Under the pieces are notes generated by a model. That model saw only the letters and a list, made by a program, of their open reading frames with translations, was not told the DNA's origin and did not search any database. Below, in pieces: positions 1 to 12,894 of a DNA stretch of 64,000 bases (positions are counted from its first letter, which is position 1; every line of letters starts with the position of its first letter). The position numbers were made by a program, and so were the translations under genes. This DNA comes from Amphiscolops sp. MND2022 (taxonomy: Eukaryota). The stretch lies in contig OZ076409.1 in the NCBI GenBank assembly GCA_964187785.1, forward strand, positions 80,724,001 through 80,788,000. Reading direction: 5' to 3'.

Positions 1-1164
1 GTTTATGCTTCTTGTGATTGTGATTCTTATGCCGTTGCTGTTTATTTTGATGTCACAAAGGCCTTTGATTCTGTTTCTCACCATTTGTTGTTGTCAAAAC
101 TTGAAAAATTTTCTTTCGACCGCAATTTTCTAGAATTATTCAACTCTTATCTATTTGGGCGCTACCAGAGTGTGCGCATAAATCAATCTATTTCGTCGGC
201 CCTACCTGTTACATCAGGTGTGCCCCAGGGCAGTGTGTTGGGTCCGTTACTATTTTTATGTTTTATAAATGATATTGGTGATGGCATACAAGACAGCCAA
301 TTCCGACTCTTTGCCGATGATCTTAAGGTCTTCAATAACTTCAATGCACAATCAGTTCAAGCCGACATTAATAGTCTTTCTGAATGGAGCGAATTGAACA
401 ATCTTGACTTTCACCCTAAAAAGTGTAAAGTTATCGATTTTAGTCGCAAAAACAAATCCGACCAATTGATGCTTGGTTGCAATCCTCTTCCCTTTGTCGA
501 AGAAATGGATGACCTTGGTTTCATTATCTCTAACCACTTATCATGGAAACGACATGTTGATTCTAAGCTCCTAAAATCAAAAAGAGTTTTCTTTTTTCTA
601 AAGAGAAACATTCCATTTTCGACATCTTCTAAAAGGAAAAAGTTATTGTATTCATCCCTTATTCTTCCTATTTTACTGTATGGCTCACCTGTATGGTGTC
701 CAACTAGAACCCAGCTTCGTCAACTTGAAAATTTTCAATACAAAGTAATACGTTGGATCAATAAAACTTCTTCTCTTGTTTCAGCACTGATACATCTTGA
801 CATCCTTCCAATATGCTACCAAATTGTGAAAAACGACGTTATTCTGTTATGGAAGTTGTGTAACAATTCTGTGGACCTAGACAACAATATCATGAGATCC
901 AACCTATGCACACGCTCGTCATCGAATGGCCTGTTCTACATTCCAAAATGCAACAAATTTTCCACAAATGACAATTTCTATATTAGAGCGGCGCGTTCAG
1001 CAAATGAACTGATAAATTTGAAAATTGTGTCTTTTGATATGCCTCTTGATATTTTCAAGTCTTGTATAAATCGGTTCCTTGCTGATAAAACTGCAAATTG
1101 TTTCAACATTGATCACTCATGCAGTTTCTACCTGAAATGCCTATGTACTTTTTGTAGATCATAA
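1..1164 (+). CDS. Reverse transcriptase and C-terminal region of a CR1/L2-type non-LTR retrotransposon (5' end off-window)
   Basis: Frame open from base 1 to the stop at 1162-1164. RT motifs YFDVTKAFDSV, GVPQGSVLGPLLF, LFADDLK; Cys-rich end YLKCLCTFCRS. Confidence 0.93.
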   Translation, partial: VYASCDCDSYAVAVYFDVTKAFDSVSHHLLLSKLEKFSFDRNFLELFNSYLFGRYQSVRINQSISSALPVTSGVPQGSVLGPLLFLCFINDIGDGIQDSQFRLFADDLKVFNNFNAQSVQADINSLSEWSELNNLDFHPKKCKVIDFSRKNKSDQLMLGCNPLPFVEEMDDLGFIISNHLSWKRHVDSKLLKSKRVFFFLKRNIPFSTSSKRKKLLYSSLILPILLYGSPVWCPTRTQLRQLENFQYKVIRWINKTSSLVSALIHLDILPICYQIVKNDVILLWKLCNNSVDLDNNIMRSNLCTRSSSNGLFYIPKCNKFSTNDNFYIRAARSANELINLKIVSFDMPLDIFKSCINRFLADKTANCFNIDHSCSFYLKCLCTFCRS

Positions 1165-1214
1165 CTCATTACATTTTGATGTCGAATCACCTTTTAAAAA
1201 GGAATTGAGTCTTT

Positions 1215-1244
1215 TACTACTACTACTACTACTACTACTACTAC
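1215..1244 (+). repeat. (TAC)10 microsatellite, LINE 3' tail
   Basis: Ten perfect TAC units. Confidence 0.97.
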
Positions 1245-3500
1245 AAATCGTGTAACTTGTTAGGTGAGGAACTAATTCAAATAGCTGACCACTTCAGCAA
1301 TCTCAATGATGGTGAGCCTACGTTTTTGGCAGCAAATGGCTACAGTGTTATCGATCTCTGCATTTGTTATGGGCCTCTGTTTGATAGATGTAAACACTCT
1401 CTGTCTACGGATGAATTTGCTGAGCTGTTCAACGGTGCTCAACAGAGGGGTCATGTTCCTGTTATTATGAGATTGGAGCGTAGTGGCATAACTGAGAAAA
1501 CCAAGAAATTATGGATTGAAAAAGCTGATTGGGTGGGTTGGACTTCTTTCATTGAGGGCCGAACAGATGATCTCATGGTTGTTGGGGACGACCCAGTTTT
1601 TCTTTGGAACGAGTTCAAGAATCTGCTGCAAGAGGCTTCCCTTGGTCATATACCCCTCAAATGTGCTTCAAATCATTACAAACCGTTTTGGAACTCAGTC
1701 TTGACAGAGGCAAGCAATGAACTCCGATTTTTACGCAAAAAGTTCAAGTACAAATCAAATTTCGAAAATGGACAAAAGCTACAGACAGCGAAGGAACGTT
1801 TTAAAATTCTACTCAACAAAAGTGTAACTGAAAAGAGGAAGAGAATTTTGGACTTCTTACAAGGCCTTACTCAACACTAAACATGAAGAAGTTGGTCTAA
1901 TACGCAGTAAGGAAGGGAGACTCTTATATGATCCAGAGGAAAGTAGCAAAGAGTTCGAAACCACGTTCTTCAGAGGAGAACATCTGAAAAAGCAAATTTT
2001 CAACGATGCAACGCAACTACAAGTAGAAGCCAAAACAAATCAACCACATGATGGTCCTGAACATGATTATGAAGTTTTTCAAGATGAAAGTACTTTCGAT
2101 GAGTTGAAGAATGCCATTTTGAAATCAAGCAACACTAAATCTTTTGATATTGATGGTCTCCATTTGACAATGATAAAGAATTTGGGAACTGAAGCACTCC
2201 TTTTTCTGCTGAATATTTTCATATGCTTGCTGGGCGTATCATGTGTGGCCATGAACGGAGTCACAAGTCGTATTCATACGCAAGCCAAACAAAGAGAGAT
2301 ATGATGAATGCTCTTCATATCGACCACTCTCAATCTCCAGTCATATCGGCAAAACATTGGAAAGAATACTTGCAACCGGAATCAAATCACATCTCGATGT
2401 GAATGGACTGCTTGGTGACGAACAGGAGGGTTTCAGATCGAAAAGAAACGCCACTCGATCGCTCTACAGACTACATCTAATGCTGGAAAAAGCTAAACGT
2501 TCACGTTTACCGACGGCTCGGCTTAACATTGACCTCAAAAAGGCTTTCGATAGCGTGTGGGTGGATGGCCTCTTCTTTAAACTGTTGGAACAAAATATTT
2601 CTGGCAAAATGTATCTGATAATAAAATCGTTCTTAAAAACAAGAGTCGCGTCAATTGAACTGAATGGATACCAATCGCCGAAGTTCCAGATTGACATTGG
2701 CGTTTCACAGGGAAGTGTGTTGTCACCATTACTCTTCATCATCTTCCTAAACGACTTCCCCAGTAATCATGCTCAAAAATTCAAGTTTGCAGACGATAGT
2801 TCTCTCATTGCCACTCCCAAGGATCCGTCAGAATTATCTGCCATCCTTCGAAAAACTTGTTCTGACATCGAGAAGTGGTGTGCAGATTGGAGGATGTTAG
2901 TGAACGGAGGAAAAACTGAATAAATCATTTTCAATTGCGAAGAGAATGACTTCGAACTCCCGTGCCTCAATGGTGATATAAGTCAAGTTAAAAAGAACAA
3001 CAAAGTCTCTCAGGGTAATTATCGATAGCAAGCTCAACTACCGGGATCATTCTACTAAAACTATCGAGAGAGCAAAGCAAAATTGGAAGATAATCAAGTG
3101 GTTATGCAATAGAAAATGAAGCCATGCAGTTCCAACGCTATTTCTGTTGTACAAAACGACTATCTTACCCTCACTTTTTTATGCAGCACCAATTTGGCTT
3201 AAAAAAACTTCAAATACGTCACGGCAGTACAGAACACTTTCACAAGGACAGTTTTTAGACACGGTTTTTCGCCGAATATCGACTCATCTCAAGTTCTGCT
3301 AGGAACGCCGCCTCTTGATCTTTTGAGTACAGCCATCAACGTCAAATTTCTCGTGAAGCTCAAACTAGAAGACGATTTACAACCTTGGACCCATCATGCA
3401 TCTTCATCTTTTCCGGACAGTGTTGCCAACCTCCTCGAGAGTCATGTTACCAGATTCGGAAAGTTTTCGTGAATTCATAATTGTACGAGATATGAACAGC
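1245..3500 (+). pseudogene. LINE-B copy 1: decayed APE endonuclease-RT ORF, truncated at both ends
   Basis: APE C-terminal motif PTFLAANGYSVIDL; RT motifs QEGFR, IDLKKAFDSV, QGSVLSPLLF, FADD; frameshifts and stops. Confidence 0.9.
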
Positions 3501-3764
3501 GGTCGAATTTTATCGTATTTGTTGTATGGCTCGGTCGCTTCGCTCCCTTCGCTCCCTTCGCAACATTGAGGCATTGCCATATGGCACGTCGCTCCGCTTT
3601 GCTTCGCTCCTGCAATCAGGGCACTAGGGGTATGTGAACATATCCGACTACGTTATAAAAAATTCAATCCGAGTTGTTTCGATCCCATTCAAAAATTTGG
3701 TATGTCGACCTGAGGACTAACTCTGATTTTCGATCCCGTTCCTTCGACCTACTTCCGCCCACCC
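3499..3764. mobile_element. Right part of the 348-bp MITE family (full copy at 37614-37961)
   Basis: Matches 37697-37961, ending in the TIR TTCGACCTACTTCCGCCCACCC. Confidence 0.88.
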
Positions 3765-4060
3765 ATTTTGTTACTGGTCTACTGGGATAGTGGCTAGTAT
3801 GGGGTTTCCTAAGTTCGTTGCAGACCATGGGTGTGTGTCTTCTCCCCCAACATGATGATACACATGGCACTTGATTGATGACGAAGTTCCATGATATCTG
3901 ATAGAGGAAAAAAGATTTAAAATGACTAGAAGACTGAATTGAGACAAGTCAACACAGATAAAACATGACGATTGTTTAAATATACAGATTGGTTAAGACA
4001 TTTTCAACAGCAGGTACATTTTAAGAACATTTTGCAGCTACTGTCTTCATAGCTAGTTAG

Positions 4061-4133
4061 CAGGGATTCCAATTAATTGGGTCAGCAAGGATTTGGATTT
4101 TGTTTATTTGGTTTGTTTCGCTACTATTTGGGT
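4061..4133. mobile_element. Left end of the hAT-type MITE (duplicated copy)
   Basis: Starts CAGGGATTCC, preceded by CTAGTTAG; same as 7021-7093. Confidence 0.8.
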
Positions 4134-6461
4134 ATGTTGACAAAAATTGCCTGAACGGAGTTCTTTCTTTGGTGATCTCAATGCAAGACATACCTATTGG
4201 GGAGACAAATCGTGTAACTTTTTAGGTGAGGAACTAATTCAAATAGCTGACCACTTCAGCAATCTCAATGATGGTGAGCCTACGTTTTGGCAGCAAATGG
4301 CTACAGTGTTATCGATCTCTGCATTTGTTATGGGCCTCTGTTTGGTAGATGTAAACACTCTCTGTCTACGGATGAATTTGCTGAGCTGTTCAACGGTGCT
4401 CAACAGAGGGGTCATGTTCCTGTTATTATGAGATTGGAGCGTAGTGGCATAACTGAGAAAACCAAGAAATTATGGATTGAAAAAGCTGATTGGGTGGGTT
4501 GGACTTCTTTCATTGAGGGCCGAACAGATGATCTCATGGTTGTTGGGGACGACCCTGTTTTTCTTTGGAACGAGTTCAAGAATCTGCTGCAAGAGGCTTC
4601 CCTTGGTCATATACCCCTCTAATGTGCTTCAAATCATAGCAAACCGTTTTGGAACTCAGTCTTGACAGAGGCAAGCAATGAACTCTGATTTTTACGCAAA
4701 AAGTTCAAGTACAAATCAAATTTTGAAAATGGACAAAAGGTACAGACAGCGAAGGAACGTTTTAAAATTCTACTCAACAAAAGTGTAACTGAAAAGAAGA
4801 AGAGAATTCTGGACTTCTTACAAGGCCTTACTCAACACTAAACATGAAGAAGTTGGTCTAATACGCAGTAAGGAAGGGAGACTCTTATATGCTCCAGAGG
4901 AAAGTAGCAAAGAGTTCGAAACCACGTTCTTCAGAGGAGAACATCTGAAAAAGCAAATTTTCAACGATGCAACGCAACTACAAGTAGAAGCCAAAACAAA
5001 TCAACCACATGATGGTCCTGAACATGATTATGAAGTTTTTCAAGATGAAAGTACTTTCGATGAGTTGAAGAATGCCATTTTGAAATCAAGCAACACTAAA
5101 TCTTTTGATATTGATGGTCTCCATTTGACAATGATAAAGAATTTGGGAACTGAAGCACTCCTTTTTCTGCTGAATATTTTCATATGCTTGCTGGGCGTAT
5201 CATGTGTGGCCATGAACGGAGTCACAGGTCGTATTCATACGCAAGCCAAACAAAGAGAGATATGATGAATGCTCTTCATATCGACCACTCTCAATCTCCA
5301 GTCATATCGGCAAAACATTGGAAAGAATACTTGCAACCAGAATCAAATCACATCTCGATGTGAATGGACTGCTTGGTGACGAACAGGAGGGTTTCAGATC
5401 GAAAAGAAACGCCACTCGATCGCTCTACAGACTACATCTCATGCTGGAAAAAGCTAAACGTTCACGTTTACCGACGGCTCAGCTTAACATTGACCTCAAA
5501 AAGGCTTTCGATAGCGTGTGGGTGGATGACCTCTTCTTTAAACTGTTGGAACACAATATTTCTGGCAAAATGTATCTGATAATAAAATCGTTCTTAAAAA
5601 CAAGAGTCGCGTCAATTGAACTGAATGGATACCAATCGCCGAAGTTCCAGATTGACATTGGCGTTTCACAGGGAAGTGTGTTGTCACCATTACTCTTCAT
5701 CATCTTCCTAAACGACTTCCTCAGTAATCATGCTCAAAAATTCAAGTTTGCAGACGATAGTTCTCTCATTGCCACTGCCAAGGATCCGTCAGAATTATCT
5801 GCCATCCTTCGAAAAACTTGTTCTGACATCGAGAAGTGGTGTGCAGATTGGATGATGTTAGTGAACGGAGGAAAAACTGAATAAATCCTTTTCAAGTGCG
5901 AAGAGAATGACTTCGAACTCCCGTGCCTCAATGGTGATATATGTCAAGTTAAAAAGAACAACAAAGTCTCTCAGGGTAATTATCGATAGCAAGCTCAACT
6001 ACCGGGATCATTCAACTAAAACTATCGAGAGAGCAAAGCAAAATTGGAAGATAATCAAGTGGTTATGCAATAGAAAATGAAGCCATGCAGTTCCAACGCT
6101 ATTTCTGTTGTACAAAACGACTATCTTACCCTCACTTTTTAATGCAGCACCAATTTGGCTTAAAAAAACCTCAAATACGTCACGGCAGTACAGAACACTT
6201 TCACAAAAACAGTTTTTAGACACGGTTTTTCGCCGAATCTCGACTCATCTCAAGTTCTGCTAGGAACGCCGCCTCTTGATCTTTTGAGTACAGCCATCAA
6301 CGTCAAATTTCTCGTGAAGCTCAAACTAGAAGACGATTTACAACCTTGGACCCATCATGCATCTTCATCTTTTCCGGACAGTGTTGCTAACCTCCTCGAG
6401 AGTCATGTTACCAGGTTCGGAAAGTTTTCGTGAATTCATAATTGTACGAGATATGAACAGC
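4134..6461 (+). pseudogene. LINE-B copy 2 (decayed APE-RT)
   Basis: GDLNARHTYWGD APE motif and RT motifs as in copy 1. Confidence 0.9.
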
Positions 6462-6724
6462 GGTCGAATTTTATCGTATTTGTTGTATGGCTCGGTCGCT
6501 TCGCTCCCTTCGCCAAGTAGCAACATTGAGGCATTGCCATATGGCACGTCGCTCCGCTTCGCTTCGCTCCTGCAATCAGGGCACTAGGGGTATGTGAACA
6601 TATCCGACTACGTTATAAAAATTTCAATCCGAGTTGTTTCGATCCCATTCAAAAATTTGGTATGTCGACCTGAGGACTAACTCTGATTTTCGATCCCGTT
6701 CCTTCGACCTACTTCCGCCCACCC
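6460..6724. mobile_element. Right part of the 348-bp MITE family (second fragment)
   Basis: Matches 37697-37961. Confidence 0.88.
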
Positions 6725-7020
6725 ATTTTGTTACTGGTCTACTGGGATAGTGGCTAGTATGGGGTTCCCTAAGTTCGTTGCAGACCATGGGTGTGTGTCT
6801 TCTCCCCCAACATGATGATACACATGGCACTTGATTGATGACGAAGTTCCATGATATCTGATAGAGGAAAAAAGATTTAAAATGACTAGAAGACTGAATT
6901 GAGACAAGTCAACACAGATAAAACATGACGATTGTTAAAATATACAGATTGGTTAAGACATTTTCAACAGCAGGTACATTTTAAGAACATTTTGCAGCTA
7001 CTGTCTTCATAGCTAGTTAG

Positions 7021-10000
7021 CAGGGATTCCAATTAATTGGGTCAGCAAGGATTTGGATTTTGTTTATTTGGTTTGTTTCGCTACTATTTGGGTATGTTGA
7101 CAAAAATTGCCTGAACGGAGCTCTTTTCTTTGGTGATCTCAATGCAAGTTATACCTATTGGGGAGACAAATCGTGTAACTTGTTAGGTGAGGAACTAATT
7201 CAAATAGCTGACCACTTCAGCAATCTCAATGATGGTGAGCCTACGTTTTTGGCAGCAAATGGCTACAGTGTTATCGATCTCTGCATTTGTTATGGGCCTC
7301 TGTTTGATAGATGTAAACACTCTCTGTCTACGGATGAATTTGCTGAGCTGTTCAACGGTGCTCAACAGAGGGGTCATGTTCCTGTTATTATGAGATTGGA
7401 GCGTAGTGGCATAACTGAGAAAACCAAGAAATTATGGATTGAAAAAGCTGATTGGGTGGGTTGGACTTCTTTCATTGAGGGCCGAACAGATGATCTCATG
7501 GTTGTTGGGGACGATCCTGTTTTTCTTTGGAACGAGTTCAAGAATCTGCTGCAAGAGGCTTCCCTTGGTCATATACCCCTCAAATGTGCTTCAAATCATA
7601 GCAAACCGTTTTGGAACTCAGTCTTGACAGAGGCAAGCAATGAACTCCGATTTTTACGCAAAAAGTTCAAGTACAAATCAAATTTTGAAAATGGACAAAA
7701 GCTACAGACAGCGAAGGAACGTTTTAAAATTCTACTCGACAAAAGTGTAACTGAAAAGAGGAAGAGAATTTTGGACTTCTTACAAGGCCTTACTCAACAC
7801 TAAACATGAAGAAGTTGGTCTAATACGCAGTAAGGAAGGGAGACTCTTATATGCTCCAGAGGAAAGTAGCAAAGAGTTCGAAACCACGTTCTTCAGAGGA
7901 GAACATCTGAAAAAGCAAATTTTCAACGATGCAACGCAACTACAAGTAGAAGCCAAAACAAATCAACCACATGATGGTCCTGAACATGATTATGAAGTTT
8001 TTCAAGATGAAAGTACTTTCGATGAGTTGAAGAATGCCATTTTGAAATCAAGCAACACTAAATCTTTTGATATTGATGGTCTCCATTTGACAATGATAAA
8101 GAATTTGGGAACTGAAGCACTCCTTTTTCTGCTGAATATTTTCATATGCTTGCTGGGCGTATCATGTGTGGCCATGAACGGAGTCACAAGTCGTATTCAT
8201 ACGCAAGCCAAACAAAGAGAGATATGATGAATGCTCTTCATATCGACCACTCTCAATCTCCAGTCATATCGGCAAAACATTGGAAAGAATACTTGCAACC
8301 AGAATCAAATCACTTCTCGATGTGAATGGACTGCTTGGTGACGAACAGGAGGGTTTCAGATCGAAAAGAAACGCCACTCGATCGCTCTACAGACTACATC
8401 TCATGCTGGAAAAAGCTAAACGTTCACGTTTACCGACGGCTCAGCTTAACATTGACCTCAAAAAGGCTTGCGATAGCGTGTGGGTGGATGGCCTCTTCTT
8501 TAAACTGTTGGAACACAATATTTCTGGCGAAATGTATCTGATAATAAAATCGTTCTTAAAAACAAGAGTCGCGTCAATTGAACTGAATGGATACCAATCG
8601 CCGAAGTTCCAGATTGACATTGGCGTTTCACAGGGAAGTGTGTTGTAACCATTACTCTTCATCATCTTCCTCAGTAATCATGCTCAAAAATTCAAGTTTG
8701 CAGACGATAGTTCTCTCATTGCCACTGCCAAGGATCCGTCAGAATTATCTGCCATCCTTCGAAAAACTTGTTCTGACATCGAGAAGTGGTGTGCAGATTG
8801 GAGGATGTTAGTGAACGGAGGAAAAACTGAATAAATCCTTTTCAAGTGCGAAGAGAATGACTTCGAACTCCCGTGCCTCAATGGTGATATATGTCAAGTT
8901 AAAAAGAACAACAAAGTCTCTCAGGGTAATTATCGATAGCAAGCTCAACTACCGGGATCATTCTACTAAAACTATCGAGAGAGCAAAGCAAAATTGGAAG
9001 ATAATCAAGTGGTTATGCAATAGAAAATGAAGCCATGCAGTTCCAACGCTATTTCTGTTGTACAAAACGACTATCTTACCCTCAATTTTTTATGCAGCAC
9101 CAATTTGGCTTAAAAAAACCTCAAATACGTCACGGCAGTACAGAACACTTTCACAAAAACAGTTTTTAGACACGGTTTTTCGCCGAATCTCGACTCATCT
9201 CAAGTTCTGCTAGGAACGCCGCCTCTTGATCTTTTGAGTACAGCCATCAACGTCAAATTTCTCGTGAAGCTCAAACTAGAAGACGATTTACAACCTTGGA
9301 CCCATCATGCATCTTCATCTTTTCCGGACAGTGTTGCTAACCTCCTCGAGAGTCATGTTACCAGATTCGGAATATTTTCGTGAATTCATAATTGTACGAG
9401 ATATGAACAGCAAGATGTCAACCTTTTCATTAACTATCTTTGGAACCTCAGGTGAAAAAATAATGACAACAAGTCATTTCTGAAATGTTACACCAAAACC
9501 CAACCAACTTGTAACACTATATCGCCCCTTTTCACCCTTCAAAGGTATGAAGCCGTCAAAATTTGTGAAATGCTGATTGGCAATTCTTTCGCTTCAGCCG
9601 ATTACGCTTGGAAAAATTGGCAGACGTAATCTCCGATGTGTCATTGTGGCAAAAGTGAAGAGACTACAGAACATTTCTTTCTGGCATGTGGACTATACCA
9701 AGACATCAGACCTGAAGACATTGACTCATTGAATCTCCTTGACCCTGAAGATTGCAATAGCATTGTCGACTACATCTCACATTCAACGAAGTTAAAAGGA
9801 ATCGTATAGCGCTCATCATTAAATCCTAACTTAACTTTATCCAACTCACAATGCTCTCTTTGTACTATTTATATACGATGAATACCCTCCCGCAAATTGG
9901 GGATGTTAGAAAATATACATATATAAATGTTGGGTTAGGTATTTGGGTCTTCACCTTCACCAGTATTTGAATTTGGTATTTGTATTTCTCAAAATCCACT

Positions 10001-10361
10001 AATTGCATTTGGTATCTGAGTGGGGCCGAGACATTTCGTCGACAACTATTCCGCCGACAAATTATTTGACTATTTTCGTCGATAGAATTGTCGAAAAATG
10101 ATTAAAGTAAAATGATTAAATCAAACAGAATTAGAATCACCAGTGTGTATATTGTCGCTCTCGTCTTCGTTGCTCATTGCAATAAAATGAAACAAGTTTT
10201 GTTACAAAAGTAACATGCATTTGGTATTCGTATTTAGGCGTTGTCGAAGTATTTGGTATTCGGGTTTTTAACATTTTTCTTTGGCATTTGTATTGGGGTC
10301 TAAAATATACCCAATTAGTTGGTATTTGGGCAATTAATTGGTTTGCTATTCGGAATCTATG
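7021..10361. mobile_element. hAT-type MITE (~0.5 kb) split by LINE-B; pieces 7021-7093 and 9930-10361
   Basis: Left end CAGGGATTCC; right end GGAATCTATG (degenerate inverse). Perfect 8-bp TSD CTAGTTAG at 7013-7020 and 10362-10369. Internal GGTATTTG motifs. An 8-bp TSD with CAGG ends is typical of hAT. Confidence 0.85.
7094..9929 (+). mobile_element. LINE-B copy 3: 5'-truncated non-LTR element retaining its 3' end (Jockey/I-group-like)
   Basis: APE and RT motifs; C-terminal C-X1-C-X8-H-X4-C (CHCGKSEETTEHFFLAC, ~9639-9689); stop ~9807-9809; AT-rich tail; probable TSD TTGGGT (7088-7093 / 9930-9935). Confidence 0.85.
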
Positions 10362-10369
10362 CTAGTTAG

Positions 10370-11199
10370 GTAATACTTCCAGAAAACTTTTTCCAGTTCC
10401 GCTTCAGTAGCCTCTGGATGATATGGAATCTTAAGATTATACTTCAGGTACAAAAATTGGCAAGTTTTCTAAGGCGGTAGAAGAAGAAAGCACGTGTACG
10501 GTTCAGCCGTGAGGGTCTGTTATAAAAGTCTTTAGAGAGTTGCTTCGCAGTTCGTAGTACTCGTTTCGCTGGTTCAGAGACACATAGTTCCAGATTGGAA
10601 AGTCGTACAGACTGGAAGTCAATTTTTAAATAGAAGTAGGTCGTGCATTTGGAGCATGAGGGAAATTGGTAAGAGTTGGTTTTTCCGTAATAGGGTATGA
10701 TAGGACTGTTTGTGGTAAATTTACTTGAAGCACTTTCTCTGGAGTTTCTGGAGCTATTTTATATCACCTCTGTTCGGGTACCAGACACCTGAAGCCTAAG
10801 TGAGAGCAGGTAAGATGTACACTCGGTATAAATTGAATTTTAATTCTCTGTTGAGATATTTTGACGTAGGATTGCATACCTCTGGTAACAATTTCCAATT
10901 TTTGAATTTACATGACTGTTCCAAGTCAGGTTTGGAGAAACGATGACACCAAGGTCATGAATCTTCTCGTTTTTGAGATATATGTCGTTTTCCATGAATA
11001 GAACAAGGTGATCACATTTGACACTCGTTTCGCTAAAATTCAGAGGGCTCGTTTTTTTGAAGTTGAGGTCTAATTTGTAATTATTACTCCATGTTAGTAG
11101 CGACAGTAAATCGTTCTGGGGAGTAAACAGACAGGAACTAGCGAGTTTTAGGTCATCGGCAAAAAAATCGGGTACAGATACAAAAATCAGGAAGGTCGA
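10370..11199 (-). pseudogene. LINE-D 3' part: RT C-terminal half of a CR1-like element
   Basis: DLPD...FFADDLKL...HDLGVIVSPNLTWNSHV. Continues the RT at 17673+ across the Gypsy insertion. Lower boundary approximate. Confidence 0.82.
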
Positions 11200-12894
11200 T
11201 GTCGTAAGCATTGTGATTGGGTTGCTCATCATTATGACGATTTCGGGTATGCTCTCTTCTTGAGTTATCTCTAGTATCTGCATTTCGCAGGACTTCGGAA
11301 TTTACTTCTGATTCCGCAGCCGAAACGTTCCATCCTCTTCTGGTCACGTGTCCTGAATCAGCCATAATGGCAATTTGAAACTGGGCTAAAACCTGATTAT
11401 TAATGGCATCATTTATGGCCCTCTGTATTTGAACACTGACACTGTTCATCATCTCATTCATCTCCCTAGATATTCTAGAATTCAATTCGCTTGACAGTCT
11501 GTTAATGTCAGCATGAGAATTGGTACCAACTGAATTCTGGCCGTAATTGGCATTAATCCCTGAACTAATATCTCTACCGTTCTGGTGCAAATTCTCGTCG
11601 TCATGTCCAAAATAATTACTAGTGGCGCTATCAGGCCTTCTGGCTAAGTTGCTATTTAAGCTTTATTCTCTATCCATTACGTTAAAATGGTCTTCTCCAA
11701 ACATAACGTCAAGATTTTCAAAACCTGAGAGTATTCCAAGTCCTCTTGACTTTTTAGCTTTCTTTTGTTTTCTTGTAGTAGGCATCAAAAATCCGAGTAT
11801 AAACATTTGAATTATCTATAAGTTCGGAAAACTAACAGAGAACTGTTTTGAATGTACCTTTATCGAAGTAAGAAATGAAAAATAGTGACCCTCTCAAGAG
11901 GGATCTGGGTATTTATACCTCCGAGAGAGTGGCACTCACTTTCTTTACATTTTGGGTCACGTGGTTGATCATAAGGTCACGTGGTTGATCATAAGGAAGC
12001 ATCGGTGAATGCCTTCATTTTGGCGGTTAATGGGATTATTACATCAAAGCATCGATCGAAACAAAATACCTAAACAACTAAAGACTGAACATTCCGGGTT
12101 ATTACTTCATGTTGTCAACAATTCATCATCACAATACTGCTGAAGTACAAATATTCTAAGTATGTAACACCAGCTTCGAGCACGTGGTGGCACGTGAGAT
12201 TCAAATTGGGACATGGGTAAAACAACTTACATGTTTTGAATATTTACTAAATAGGCCCAATATGACCGGCGTACTCAAAATCATTCAGTAACCAAAGACC
12301 GGTATAGGACCGGAGACCAATCCTTATTACTATCATAATAAACCAATAACCACCCCTTCAAACCATCAATAACAATCTTTTTCATCCTCTAAAAGTTGTT
12401 ATATCAAACAAGTATGCATCAATAATCTACCGTACTGAGTATTGGCATTTCAGAAGCAGATTGCTTTAACCGGCCGGAACCCGCCATTTACCTTAACAGC
12501 ACACGTGAATTAACAATTCTCAGGCGAACGGTCATAACCGGCAATAATTGGACTGCACTATAAAAATGAAGGTTTGTGATTGGTTGAGATTTACTAGCAA
12601 ACGACATTGCCGCAAAAGTACGGAAACTAATTTGAACTCGTTTCCGTTTTGCTTTGCCATCAACTTTCACATTTTGCTCTCCTGTTATTTTGCATCTACA
12701 GCACTTCAACTAGCACGCTTATGTTAACAGACTAAAAATACTTGTGTATAAAAATATAAAAGATCGACAATACATACATCAAAAGTTTATTCTAAACAAC
12801 AGTTTTTAAAATATCGGTAAAGTGCCGGGTACGGCTTCTTGCTCGAACGTCGTAGTCGTAATCCTTGTACCGTCACAGACGACAACCTGCGACA
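11200..12894 (-). repeat. 3' LTR (1695 bp)
   Basis: TG...CA ends; homologous to 15974-17672 with many substitutions. Confidence 0.88.

Larger units (their letters stand above)
1..1244 (+). mobile_element. LINE-A, 3' end of a CR1/L2-type element with short 3' UTR and microsatellite tail
   Basis: RT ORF, ~50-bp 3' UTR containing the palindrome CCTTTTAAAAAGG, then (TAC)10 abutting LINE-B sequence. Confidence 0.88.
1245..9411 (+). repeat. Tandem triplication of a ~2.96-kb composite unit (partial 1245-3500; 3501-6461; 6462-9411)
   Basis: AAATCGTGTAAC recurs at 1245, 4207 and 7168. Near-identical ORFs recur at 2104/5065/8027 and 2357/5318/8280. Confidence 0.96.
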
